From the NCBI GenBank assembly GCA_025201805.1, contig MU619271.1, forward strand, positions 1 to 64,000: a stretch of DNA of 64,000 nucleotides. The letters run 5' to 3'. The notes under the pieces are model-generated. The model saw only the letters and a list, made by a program, of their open reading frames with translations. It was not told the origin of the DNA and did no database searches. This DNA comes from Parasitella parasitica NRRL 2501. Taxonomy: Eukaryota; Fungi; Mucoromycota. The translations under genes and the position numbers were made by a program. Positions 1 to 12,706 of the stretch are shown here, piece after piece; the first letter of the stretch is position 1, and each line of letters begins with the position of its first letter.

Positions 1-782
1 AGACACTTCCATGATGCAAGGTACCTTATTATTATCCTCATTAACAAGAGGATTTCTATTAAAATTTCTCTTGATTTTTGAGCAGTATTGTTGAATGAGT
101 GTGTTACAGAAAAAAAAGGAGAGTAGTAAGGTGTTGTACCAGTGTCAAAGGGCGCAGCGTAATGTTACGTAAAGTATGATCTGTATAAAGTAATAAGACT
201 TTTCTGAATAAAGCCAGATACAAAATGAAGACTTTTATTGACATGAGATATGATCTCTATTTATACTAAAATATATCCTAACCAATGTTTATCCACATAA
301 CATCTGATGTTTGACAAGAAGTGTCAAACCTTATTAAATCACAGCATTTCCAGGACAGACCTATCTTTCTATTTTACATTAAAGAGAAGATTGGGGAGGA
401 TGCCTTCCCGACATCCCGCGATCTGATCTAGATGTATTCTTTGAATACAGTAAGCCTGGAACCTTGCAAGAGGTCCAATTACAACTTGTAGCTTATTCCT
501 TATTTGTAAAAGAATAACCAACAATCAATATCATGATCCGTGCCTTATGACTAAGTTAGATATTCCATATGTAGCCTTTATATGGATACAACACACTTGG
601 CGCTCTCTGGCAATAATATTGTTATCCATGTCATGGATATCTATGACTCCAATGCCAGTCGTTTTTGGAAATGAAATATGATTATTTCGTAATTTTTACA
701 GTATTACACCATCCAGTTTCACCTCAACATTGGCAGCCTCGTAGAGCGAGATAGACCCTCCGTAAACAAAAGTCAATTTTTA

Positions 783-835
783 CCGTAGCGTAGCGAAGGT
801 GCCAAAGCACCAGAGTGAACGGGTGGGCAGCTCGT
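783..835 (+). mobile_element. possible Helitron-like 3' terminus (GC-rich hairpin followed by CTCGT)
   Basis: ccgt(783)...acgg(822) encloses the hairpin ggtgc-caaa-gcacc (798-811), followed by gtgggcag-ctcgt and AT-rich DNA. Resembles the Helitron subterminal hairpin plus CTRR-like end; no 5' end identified. Confidence 0.3.
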
Positions 836-1279
836 TATTTATATAAAAACTGTCAATTTAGGTTCTGTCAGACTAAATCTAAAGAGATATTGCTTTGATG
901 CACCCCCCCCATTGCCTCCTCGGCATATGCATCATAACTAATAGTAGGTATCGGTATAAGCACATAGTGAACTGGAGCTTTCCATATATTTAGGTAATAG
1001 TAATGGTCGTGTATCACAGAACACTCCATAATCAGATATTTCACTTTCCAGTTGCATGAAGATAGCATAAACTGTGCCGTGGAGGAAAGTGTCCCATTCG
1101 CCTTCCTGAGTGATAGTTATGGCCGCGTATCATAGATCACTCCTCAGGAGGGCATGTTAGTGTCAAAGCCTCACTCGTGGAACGTAATTGCTTTGGGGTA
1201 GAGTAGCCCGCTCGCTACCAAATGCCCTATCTAGAAAACAAATTGAACGGTGCTAACATATTCTTTTTTAATATGTATA

Positions 1280-1980
1280 TCAAAACACTATTGTATCTGG
1301 TTGAACCCGTATATCAATCTTGAGATTGGCAGTTTCATCTTCATTGGCAAGTTCAAAGACTGTATCATCCCATTTAGTTCGTAAGGTGTTGACGCTATCA
1401 AACAGCTCTACAATCGTGGGCGACCACAGTTTGATAACATAATCCCATTCAGAACAATCCTTCATGAAATCAAACAAATATGCCGATATTTGATGGCGTT
1501 TAAGCATATAAGATATGAAGGAAAGGAAGAAATTTTCTCCCCCGTTTATATCTGCTGTCTTTTCTTGGTCATTTATCCAATATGAGAATTTCTTTCGCTT
1601 CGTTTCTAATCCAGCCTTTGCTTTGGACAACTGCTGTAAAACGCCCAAGAAGCGTGCAGTTAAACTATGCAAATTTATAGCCAACTCTGTATTTTCTTGT
1701 TCGACTGCAGAAAAACGAATTTGTAATTCATGTCATTGTTCTTGGCTAAATAGGGAAGACTCTCCTGCCTCGAGTGTGTACAATGAACCCAAGATTGAAT
1801 CCATCTCCAATTTATCATTGTTTGTGGCTATTTAATATGGCTACTAAAATCTTCATATTTTCAAGAGCTCTGTTTTTTATAAACAAGCCAACACTTTCGT
1901 CGAGACTAGAAACGTAAATTGCATCGTCTTCTTGCACTTGATTTACTACTGCTCTCCTGACAACCGCCGAGGTTGATTTT
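1280..1980 (-). pseudogene. decayed member of an expanded hypothetical protein family, possibly PD-(D/E)xK nuclease-like
   Basis: ORF 1280-1684 contains SEWDYVIKLWSPTIVELF...LRTKW...KIDIRV. The frame continues upstream through a TGA (~1733) and a frameshift (~1830). Family call is from motif recall only. Confidence 0.4.
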
Positions 1981-3655
1981 CTTTTTTTTTTCAGTGTCGA
2001 GTTAATTTTCGAACACTTCCTCTGTAAAATAATTGACGCACTCGAGCTGAAAGTTTATTTGTCTTTGCTCTGATTCTTTAATGTTTTGCTATTATTATTC
2101 CTCATACATTTAAATTACTTTTTCTTTATTAAACAGCACTCATAATATACAGCAACATTATTTTTTGCACTAAAATAAAGAGTACCCCGCAAACAACTTA
2201 ACGTATCTTGTAAAGTAGCGTTTACACACATTTAAAGTCGTTTAAAAGTCAATCCTTATCTTACTATTACAAAATCTCTTCAAATTGCTTTGATCCGTAG
2301 CTTTGAAGCTTGACTGAAAAGCTCCCGCCGGGATGAATTTTCTCGAGTTCTCATCCCCACCTTGAGACATTCAAAATAGGCATTAGACAGCTGAAATAGA
2401 TAATTTGATTCATTGCCATAGTGCTTTGACATTGTATCGATGTTAAGTGATTTAATAGTCATCTGCTGAAGGAGTTTCGAGGTTTAGCGGCCAGCGGGGC
2501 ACTCTGCAGGGTGGGAGATTGCATGAGGGAGTAGAGGTAAGGGAGGAACCCCGACGGCATCTAGTAGTTAGAATAGTAGAGGAATAATCACGGTGGCACA
2601 GGAAAGCAAAGGGTATACAGGCAAAGAGATGCGAGGATTCAGGAAAAGTGGTTTAGACATTGATTGGATCAAGATTGAAGGAGATATTGATGATTAAAGG
2701 GAAAGGGTTAATTGAGAGAAGAGAGATATAATATAAATGAGCAATAATAGAGGAATTATAGAAGGATAATAATGATAAGAGGGGCAGTAGCTTTAAGAAG
2801 ACGAGAAAGATAGGAATAAAAGACCAAGATTAATTCATTATAGCACAAGAAAAAATTAAATAATAATACATTAACGTCAACAAAATAAATAAGATCAGGG
2901 TTTTATCATATATGAATATGTCATAAGTCAATAGCGTCCAGCGAAACCAATATAGTTTTTAGATGGGATGGTTGAGTCCTAAATGAACTGCAAAAGGCGA
3001 TGCATGAAAGGTTATGCTTCAGACTGGTTTATGACGGCAATCATGGAACATGTCGCCTATGATACCATGTCATCTGCATTCAAAGCTGCAAGCGTTACGA
3101 AGGCTCTATTGTTGTTTAAAGAGAAGTTTGTAACAAATGAAAGGCCCAAGATAGCTCCCAGCAAGAAGGTCGAGTTGAGAAAGCTCGCCAAGGATCTGAA
3201 AAGAGGTTTATTACCCAGATGGCAACACATTATCTGGAAGCGCGAGCATAAGCCTAATGGTGATGAAGACAAGACCATCGATACTCAATAGGACGAGCAA
3301 GAAGAATGTTATTAGAGTGAATCATTTTATTGGAGTCATCAGTTTTACAAAAAGAACTCAAGATGTCGTCAGTGTGATAGAATTAAAGAAGAAGGGATCA
3401 AGTTTGTATGGGCTGGACGTCATTAAAAAGATTTTGAAGAATGCAAGCAAGCACCTATTAATATATGAGATGTTAGTATGCGATGGTTGAAAAAACACAT
3501 TGCTAAATTGAGCACGAAACATGCCTAAAAAGGTAATTTTCTTTCATTGTTGTTGTTGTTGTTGTCAGGAACTTTTCTTTGATGAAATAATTATATTTTT
3601 ATTTTCACACCTTTTCTTCTATAACTTTTATCTTGTAATTATACAAACACAATAA

Positions 3656-6600
3656 ATGCAACGTGCAGCAGTATTACCAACCAATATACTCTCAGAGGAT
3701 GATGCAGTTGCAGGTAAAAAAAACTTAACATCAAGAAATATCAAACTAGCCACTTAACTTTTCGTTTTGTCAATGTAGGCACAAGTAAATCGAGAATCAA
3801 ATTGCATAAAACTGCGTGTATGATTAACACTTTTATATAGATCGTATCCGATTATTAAAAGCCGAGCAATCCAAAAACGATCGCAGATGGTTTGATAAAA
3901 TGAGAAATCTGGTTCAGGTTCACGAATATCTCTGTCATATTGGTGAGGCTATTGAGTAAGTAAAGAAAATGTTGGAAAAAAACATGGTGCCTAATATAGT
4001 AATTATCACACACGTACTAGCTGGATAGAGAACGTTTTAGGCGAGAGGATTGACAACAACGATGATAAAGAAGCGTCTATTATGCAGCTCGAAAAGACGC
4101 TACATAATGGTGTAGTTTTGGCAAAATTAGCAACGGTAATACACCCTGGAATCATCCAAAGTATCACGCCAGGCAACGCCAAACTCAAGTTTTTGCACTC
4201 CAACAACATCAATGCATTTCTGAAAGTTTTGCAGGAAGTGGGGTTACCGCCTATCTTTTGGTTCGAGTTTGTGGATTTATACGACAAGAAAAACATGCCC
4301 AAAGTGGTGTACTGTATTCATGCGCTCAGTCATTTTCTGCATTCAAGCGACTTGGCGCCGAAAATCAAGAATTTAGAGGGAAAATTCAACTTTTCAGAGG
4401 ACGTCTTGGTGGCGACACAGAAAAATCTCGAGAAATCTGGTGCTACAATGCCCAATTTCAGCAATGTTGGATCTTCTTTACAAAAGGAACTGGATGGTGG
4501 ATCCAAAAAACAAGTGTATTCATTCAAAAAGATTGAGGAGCCTTTGATTAGCAATGACGATGACGACGACGACAATGTGGATATTGACGACTACAGTGTG
4601 GAGCACCAAGTACGTCAATTCCGTATTGCAACGTCCATAGAAGCAGATTTATACGATTCGGATAGCGAATCTAGAACATCCTCAGGCGATGAATTAGAAC
4701 GTAATATTGTGCCCACAATGCAGCGCTTACAATTTTTGGGCAAGTATAGGTAGTAATTTATAAACATGGGCAGACAATACTCATGCGCACTTTTTACAGA
4801 TGCCGCTGCGGACTCTACCATCAGCAGTTCCGATTCAGAACTAGGCTACTACGAGGATGAAATGGGAGAATCTGAATTCGACGAAATTGAAAAAAGAATA
4901 GAGGCAATAGAGCAACATTTCGAAATTCCAGAAAACAACAGAATGTTGGTATCAGCACAGGGATGCATTCGTAGTTATATCGCTCGAAACCAGTTGCAAA
5001 AGATTAAAGATCAGCACCGGTGTCAGTCGTACCAATCCACAGCACAAAGAATACAGGCTCGTATTGCTACAGCATCCACGCATCAACAACTGGGTGTCAA
5101 GAGACGAGATTTCTTTTCTTTTCCAGATGATTGGGCCATTGCATTGCAGGCCATGATTAGAGGCTATCTTGCCATGCAAAATCTTGGTCGACAGCACCAT
5201 CAGATCCAAATGCATACAGTACAGGCTGGTAGAATAAGGACAGAAGGCAAATCTACTGCACAGTATCACGAAAAAGCTTATCAGACATTGAAGTCAGAAA
5301 AGAACCCCTCTATTGATGCGGTCAAAAACGTGCTCCACATGCTCAGCAACAACGACGTCGATTTCAAAGAAGATCTGATCATTGAAGAGCTTCGCCAGAA
5401 AATAGTAGAGTCCATCCGAGACAACAACCATCTAGACTCGCAAGTGAGCATGATCGACATTCAAATTGCTTTGCTCTTAAAAAATGCTGTAACTCTGGAC
5501 GAGGTGGTGAAACTTAGCAATGCATTCTTCGTCCCCAACCGCAAGAAGCAGCAGCAGCAGAGATTCTCGGAAATGTTATCTTCAAACCCTTCTAGCAGCC
5601 CTTATGATTTGCGCGGCGTGGATAAGAGTAACAGGGACAAGTTGGAGCTGTATCAGCAACTGGTTTATCTACTCCAAACTGAGCCTGCCTACCTAGCTCG
5701 TCTCATGTCAATTGCTGGTGGACAAGTCCATGGTGAGAAGAAGGGGCAGCGCAAGATTGACGCCACAGTGTTGGCCCTGTTCGGCTATGGTACGAATGCG
5801 CGCGAGGAGTGTTTACTGATCAACCTCTGCAAAGCCTGCATTGTCCAGGAAATGAAGCACGTTAAGAGTCCCCAGGAATTTATGAAGGGCAACTACACTT
5901 TTATGAAGTTGGTGGTGCAGGTTAATCGAGGCGCCAAAGAACGAGAGTTCTTTTCTACCTTGTTTCAAGGCTTGGTGAATAAAGTGCTGAACAATAGCGA
6001 ACTCGATTTAGAGACAAATCCCATGGTTATTTATCAAAAATGCATCAGCCAAGAAGAATCGGCTACTGGCAAGCCTTCAGCTCGACCATACAACGTTAAT
6101 CAAGTCCAAGCGCTTGAGTCTCCCGACGTGCTGCACATCCTGTCGGCTCACTTGGAAATGCTGAGAAACACGACCGAAGAGTTTTTGAATGCCATCATCA
6201 ATGCGCTGGATGTGATGCCTTACGGTATGCGTGCCATTGCACGAGAGCTGCGCCTAGTAATGGAAGAAAACTTTCCTGAAATATCGCCTGAAGAAATCAA
6301 CAAAATCCTCGGCAACTTTATCTACTACCGCTATTTGAGTCCTGCCATTACTGCTCCTGAGCAGCACATCTCTGTTCATCATGACATATCTTCACTACAA
6401 AGAAGGAATTTGGCCGAAATCTCCAAATTGCTGCAGCACATATCCAACGGAAAAGATTTTGAGACTAGGAACATCCAGCTGAGCGCTCTTAACGGCTACA
6501 TCAAGAGCTCGGCCCAAAGATTCGCTAAATGGTTCATGGATTTAACAAACGTAGAGGAGCCCGAACAGCACTTTGGCATGGACCAACTCTCTGATTACAC

Positions 6601-7871
6601 CAGCACACAAAAGCCCACAGTCTATGTGCACCCGACTGAACTTTACCACATCCACCAGCTGTTGCAAGACAATGTCGATTTTGTAGAACGCCAGAGTGGC
6701 GGCATCCTGCATTCAATCTTGTCTGATTTAGGCCCAGCGCCTGCTCATGTCAACATGAGCGTCCCTTTGCATGTTCTCCGTCTAGAGCTCACAGATAGTC
6801 GCGACGGCATCCCCTCCGAAACAAAAAGCGATGTCAAAAAGCTGCTTCTTGACACAAAACGTCTCGTAATCTTGGTGATTCAGGTGCAGGCAGGCTCATC
6901 TCTGGAAGCTATTTTCAACGACCCCGTTTCAGAGGAACATGAGAGAATATGGGAAGCAGTGCGCGAGGAGGCATTTCCTTCAGAGGGTACCGAGCAGGAG
7001 ATTGCGATGGCTATTCGTGAAAGAAACTTCAAATTCGGATATCAGAATGCGGCCATGGATGTCAAAAAGTACGAGCGTATAATATAGCTATGCAAATGCA
7101 ATGACTAATACCAGCTTGTTTTTATAATTATAGGCTGACCTTTGCAAAATTAAAGGCATTTGCTTGCAGTCTTCACAATCATCTCTTGAAGCATGGCATC
7201 ATTCCGGCTAGCCCAGGATACCAAAGCATTATCAGCATGATCGCTGTCGACATCACCAAAAAGGGTGAGCGTCGCAAGTTGCGCAACACCGAGATCAAGA
7301 AGCTGCAAGTTATCTTGCAGCACCTGGACGAAAAGAAGCATTTCCTGGTCAGTCAAGGCACCAGCTACAAGGAATACTTGGATGGGTGCATGAAGAACAT
7401 GGCCGAAAGACGAGGCAAAAAGCAAAAGTTTGTGATGCCGTTCACAAGACAATACTTCCACATGAAAAACTTGCAGCGACGCAACTTGGTTCCAAAGTTT
7501 GGCTCCTTCAAGTACTCTGCAAAGACGCTGCATGACCGCGGCATTATTATTGCCTTGGGTGGCATCCCACAAAATCTGTATGCTCGCATCAATATTATTT
7601 TGTCTATGGATCGTGCGGGTATAATTTCTTTTGAGGCGTACTTTCCGTTGATGACACAAGATTTGCATGTTGATGTGCATTATGAACATCTGTTGCAAAC
7701 CCAATATGAAGGCGTGCAGACAATGAAAGTCCTAGATGGTATGGCCACAGTAAATGTGAATTTATTGATATACTTGATAAACAAAAAGTAAGTTTTGTGA
7801 ATTTTGATTGAATATGTAGCGATCACACGTATTTAATTATCCTCTATTGTAGATTTTATCATACCGCTTAG
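3656..7871 (+). CDS. IQG1: IQGAP-family scaffold (CH domain, IQ motifs, RasGAP-related domain, RasGAP_C); Iqg1/Rng2-like
   Basis: Spliced model gives HEYLCHIGEAIDWIE, CH domain (LHNGVVLAKL, DLYDKKNMPKVVYCIHALSH), IQ motifs (AQGCIRSYIAR, LQAMIRGYLA), GRD (YLLQTEPAYLARL, GNFIYYRYLSPAI) and C-terminus KFGSFKYSAKTL...NVNLLIYLINKKFYHTA*. Confidence 0.93.
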
Positions 7872-8179
7872 CCAAACTCTCTCATGAATGCTATTCTGTA
7901 AATATTCCTACTTTCACCCTGCCCTGTATATTTGCCCAGGAATAAAGACATGTTTGTTTCATTTAATGATCTTGCAAAAAGATAAGGGTATTCCGTACTA
8001 GGAGAGTGATTGTGCAACAAGGATAGCACCATCAGCACGATATACGGCTGCTTATCTTGAGCTCTTCTTATCTTGCTTTCCCAAAACAGCTAACAAACAA
8101 TTAACGTGTACTGGTCGCCAGAGATTCATGGCAGTGCACTTTTTTTTTTTTTTTTTCTAAATGTTTTTTCTGTCGTAAA

Positions 8180-8977
8180 ATGCCTATTATTTGCAACATT
8201 ACAAATCAAAGGCAGTTCAAAAGGCTTGTGTCAAGGACGGATGCCATCAATATTCTCAATTTTTGGGCTACCTGGGCAGAACCGTGCAGGCAAATGAATC
8301 AAGTGTTTAGTGAGCTGGCAGGTAAATTTCCTTCCTCGACGTATATCCAGGTAAATTCGTTACATTCACCAACTCTTGCTAGAACACAGTGTTTAATCAG
8401 AAAACGACAGATAGAAGCAGAAGAATTCGCATCTCTCTCAAAATCAATGCACGTCAATGCGACCCCCACTTTCCTCATTGTCAAGGCAAGTCGCATGTTG
8501 CAGGATCATACTGATGTTGCTAAATTGCATGATATTTAGGAGAATCAAATACTAGATTCTGTAGAAGGAGCCAACACAGAAGAACTGTCGAATTTGGTTG
8601 CAAAATACAGCAATTCACAAGTCTCGCACCCGCAACAAAATGTTTGTGATAATCAGCTGGAATTCCGTCTTCGAGATTTAATTCAAACAGATCATGTCAT
8701 GGTGTTTATGAAAGGAATCCCTGATAAACCGCGATGTGGATTTTCGAGAAAAATGGTCGAGTTACTGTCAGATTTGCAGGTGAAATACAGTTCATTCGAT
8801 ATCCTCACAGATGAACATGTCAGACAGGGGTTAAAAGAGTTTTCAGACTGGCCGACATATCCGCAAATATACGTGAATGCTGAATTGCTAGGCGGGTTGG
8901 ATTTATTAAAGGAAATGATTGCATCTGGTGAATTTCAAGAAATGGTATATAAAAAAAAAAATGAAAGAATCGCTTGA
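8180..8977 (+). CDS. GRX4: monothiol glutaredoxin, Trx-Grx fusion (Grx3/Grx4-like)
   Basis: Thioredoxin-like domain with WATWAEPC; Grx domain FMKG-x5-CGFS and SDWPTYPQIY...GGLD. Two introns, the second GC-AG (8486-8539). Confidence 0.92.
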
Positions 8978-9461
8978 TTACTTTTCTTCTGATCCAGGTG
9001 GTCGTTGAATTCGAACTTGCTCCCATTCATCGTCTGCATCTGCTTGTAAGCGCTGAACATAAGATATATATCAGCATATATTTAAAACGCATCATTCATC
9101 ACTAAAACTAGCTTACGAAATATTCCTCTTGTAAACTTAATTTACGTCTGTTTTTGTCCATTCCCAATGCCTCTTCTTTGGCAACCTAAATAACTCTGTC
9201 AGAGGCGCCCTTGTTTTTTTTTGTTTTTTTTTTGTTTTTTTTTTTTTGTTTGAATGGCAATAATAATATACAAACCTTGGTATGTCTTCTGTCCCGGTGG
9301 TCAAACTTGGTTTGTGTTAGTTCAGCCAAGCCAAATGACCCAGCTACCATTATAGCGAGGAATGGTAGGCCAAAAAAAAGAAACGGTTTCTTCTTAGCTT
9401 GTGCTGCCAAGGGGCTAAATACATTCTGTTGTCCGTAAGGTTTATTTTGAAAGGTTCCCAT
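8978..9461 (-). CDS. COX16: cytochrome c oxidase assembly protein Cox16
   Basis: Three exons give MGTFQNK...PFLFFGLPFLAIMVAGSFGLAELTQTKFD / VAKEEALGMDKNRRKLSLQEEYF / RLQADADDEWEQVRIQRPPGSEEK*, matching Cox16 motifs. Confidence 0.9.
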
Positions 9462-10406
9462 TACTAATAAATCAAAGCAAAAGAGGAAAAACAAAAGTGA
9501 GCCACCCTAGATAACTTGATGAAGCCACATTTAACATCAAGTCCGCCTGCAATAATGCGCAATCAGATGCAAAACGATCTGTAACCATTTAATCGTGTGC
9601 GAAAATTATATAAAGTGAATATGCTAAATGACTTTATCTTATACACACAATATCTTACTTTACAATACCAAATCTTTTCGTTGTCCTCTTAATTGACACT
9701 TGCCACATTAAGACATATTCGTTTGAATGGCTAAACTATGCCTCGGCTGATGGAACTGATGCAATCTGGCTCACGTAATAGTCGTTATTGCATGTTGTAG
9801 CCATATAGAACAGCTGCTACTTTTATTCTGCTGTCCAAGACCTTGACCGAGACAAATGTTTCTCCTTTTCGACATTTCCGGGCATCACATGTATGCAAGC
9901 TTATATTAATTTGACGTGTATTTTATCATCATGTAAACAAAACGCTTTTTATATATTTGCGTAGTACTAGATGTGATTGGAAGAATGGGATCATCGTAAA
10001 ATGCAATTACAATAAATATACATTAATATGGCTAATTTGTTATACAACTGAATCTCAAATTATGTCATATTCAACAGTTTTAGTTTGAGGCACATTTTTG
10101 ATATAGAGCGAGCAGTGAGACAGCACATAATCCAGCAACAGAAACGAAAAACCAGAAAAAGCCTTGTATATATGGGTATTTTTGCCGTTTAAGCCTTTCA
10201 TCTACTATTTCAACCAGTTTTTTAAACAAGTTTGGAGCTTTATTTTTGCTTGGTAACACAATTGGGGAACTTATACCTTGGCAGTCTAATAGCACCAGTC
10301 TAAAACCGTTCCGTATTATACGACCATTTAGATCGTCATTGATTGTAGATCCCTAGATCTTTCTCTTTCTTTGCCTTTTTTTTTTCAACTTTATATATTA
10401 TACACA

Positions 10407-12034
10407 ATGACATTTCTCGGTACAAAAGACACTGTTAAAAGATGCACACTGCTTGCTATTGCATTGACATGCTCGTTGATTATTTCTACATTGATTTATT
10501 CCTTGATGAGAGATCCCATCTTCAGTGATGCCAAGCAACCATACAGATACCCTGCCATGGTCAAATACAGCTACAGATGGCCCAGCATCTCCTCCTATGC
10601 ACATGGTGTGCATGATACTGCTAATTTAACAGAAAAAAATGATATTTACAAAGAAATCGACCAGAGATACTGCGGACAGGAAAGATGTAGGTTCTTGCTG
10701 CCGATAGCCATCACCGAGCAAGGTACAAGCAACATCCGCCGTGTACTATATAACATATACTGACAGCCTTGAATAATAGAATCGAAGGCACAATTGCATT
10801 TCAGACAACTGGCATTCCTGGCCGGTAAAATTGGCAGGACCATTGTGCTGCCCAATGTACACAATTCGCATTTAGGGGCATGTTTGCCACATCCATTCAC
10901 GTTTTACTACAACTCGGACTGGCTGGATGCAAACAAACAGCATTTCAACTACATCACAATGGAAGACTTTAGGGCATGGCTGCTTGAAAGGCATTCCGCA
11001 GGCGTTATACCTTCCGGACAGGAGATCTACATGCAAGGTTCTCGGAAATCAAGGCTATTGACCAAAATCAACAACTGTTTTGGAAATTCGTTTGATTTTT
11101 CAAATAGACCCACAGTTGGTTATCAGTTGCAAGACCATCAAAACCAGCGCCATGTTAACATTACAAATATCATGGTTAATCTGTTTAGCGACAACGCCAG
11201 ACAACATGAATATCTTGATGGACAGCATTCACCCACCTCCTTGTTTGACACAATCAAGGCCCCTCCAGTCGATGTGATCAACTTGTTCTATGACAGAAGG
11301 TACTTTACACGGAGCAATATTAGTTGCTTCAAGGACAAATCTAACAAGCTTTTAATAGATACAAGTTTATCAGCGATCATGACGCCCAAAAGCCGCTACC
11401 TTACAGTCAAAGATGGGTAAACGTGGCTAATCAGATTTCCAAGCAATTAACGCCATACGTGGCCATTCATTGGAGAATGGAAAGGCTAGAGCCCGTATCT
11501 AACTTGCTGCCTTGCGCAGTGGATCTGGTTGATAAGGCCCAGCAGCTGGAAATGCCAAATAGTGAACCAAAACCTCTCAATGTGTTTCTTTTAACCGACT
11601 ACCCGCATTTACTCAACGCAACTGGAGCAAAGCCCGAGTCAAATTCATTCCATGTGAATGAGTTGAAGGAAGAGCACCACAAAGCTGTTGAGTATTTGTA
11701 TCAGCATTTGAATGTCTCTCTCACGTCCGTCAACAATAACATGATACCCTACAATGAGCTGCCCAAGGAAAACTGGCATATCTTGCCAATTGACGCGTCT
11801 TCGGATGACAGCCTATTCCCTGCTGCTGATCGCAGCGTGCTCGGTATTGTCGATAAATTAGTCGCCATGAATGCACAGTGGTTCTTTGCTGGCCGCCCTG
11901 GAGTATGCGCAAAGTCAAGTAGCTTTACTGGTCGTATATCAAACAGTAGAATCCAAGCATTCAAACACGGCGCGGAAAATGTCATTAAGCCTGTTGAAAC
12001 ATTTGATATGACAAGGCAACCGACTCAATTTTAA
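10407..12034 (+). CDS. type II membrane glycosyltransferase, GDP-fucose O-fucosyltransferase-like
   Basis: N-terminal TM anchor; EQESKAQLHFRQLAFLAGKIGRTIVLPN, YVAIHWRME, VFLLTDYP and GIVDKLVAMNAQWFFAG...SSSFT motifs fit the O-FucT (GT-B) family. Two GT-AG introns keep the frame. Confidence 0.7.
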
Positions 12035-12270
12035 GCGCCATAATCGCTTTGTAGTAACATATTTCGTTTTGAGCATACATTTGTATTATACATATACATA
12101 GTAAAAATAAAGCTTGCATTTTGGAAGACTAATTCCTCAAACAAAAAAACAAAAAAAAAGGATGCAACAAATTACAACATAAAGATCACACATGTCCTAA
12201 TCCCAAAAATTTAGTATCATCACAAGTAAACTATTCTGTTTATTTTCTATCAAGCCTCTTGCAAGCACAA

Positions 12271-12573
12271 CTATTGATCATTTTTTGAGAGTTGCTCAGC
12301 TGCGCCAGGAGGCATACATAAACCCCCGGCAGCGCATGTTAGTCCAGGGCAACATGCTCTGTTGGCATGGCAACCGTTGAACGGTATATTGTCAAAAGTG
12401 TCGTGCATAGTCAGACAGTTGAGGGTAGGAATTGGAGGTGGTTTCCGCCATTCCTGCGGAACACTAGACTGTGGCAAACGAGGGTGCTTCTTTTTTTTCT
12501 TCTGGGTAGTTTCAGTTATGAACAAAGACAAAACGATGAGAGAGATGGCACAAAGTTTGAGATTGTATTGCAT
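12271..12573 (-). CDS. small secreted Cys-rich peptide 1 (knottin-like, 100 aa precursor)
   Basis: Signal peptide MQYNLKLCAISLIVLSLFITETT, basic/Pro-rich pro-region, then C-x14-C-x5-CC-x4-C-x5-C. Clear paralog at 13586-13846. Confidence 0.85.
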   Translation of the reverse strand: MQYNLKLCAISLIVLSLFITETTQKKKKKHPRLPQSSVPQEWRKPPPIPTLNCLTMHDTFDNIPFNGCHANRACCPGLTCAAGGLCMPPGAAEQLSKNDQ

Positions 12574-12690
12574 TCGGGAAAATCTTTAATAAAGTAAAAA
12601 GAGAGTTCGAATCCCACGAAGGATCCTAACTTTTGTATACACCACCGGTTCAAGGAGAAGCATTCATTGTTAGTATTTTCACTTGATCAG

Positions 12691-12706
12691 TTCTTTGTTC
12701 TCGGTT
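12691..12706 (-). promoter_or_regulatory. shared upstream motif of peptide gene 1 (plus strand TTCTTTGTTCTCGGTT)
   Basis: Identical 16-mer upstream of peptide gene 2 and 13/16 match upstream of gene 3. Confidence 0.55.

Noticed and set aside
290-700. Possible 3' remnant of a LINE ORF2 (TLGALWQ-like)
   Set aside because: Too degenerate; no tail or TSD recognised.
2983-3490. Two overlapping short ORFs as a gene or transposase fragment
   Set aside because: No recognisable motif and no splice model.
10080-10295. Short ORF with a C-terminal hydrophobic segment
   Set aside because: Non-ATG start, no family motif, no supporting exon structure.
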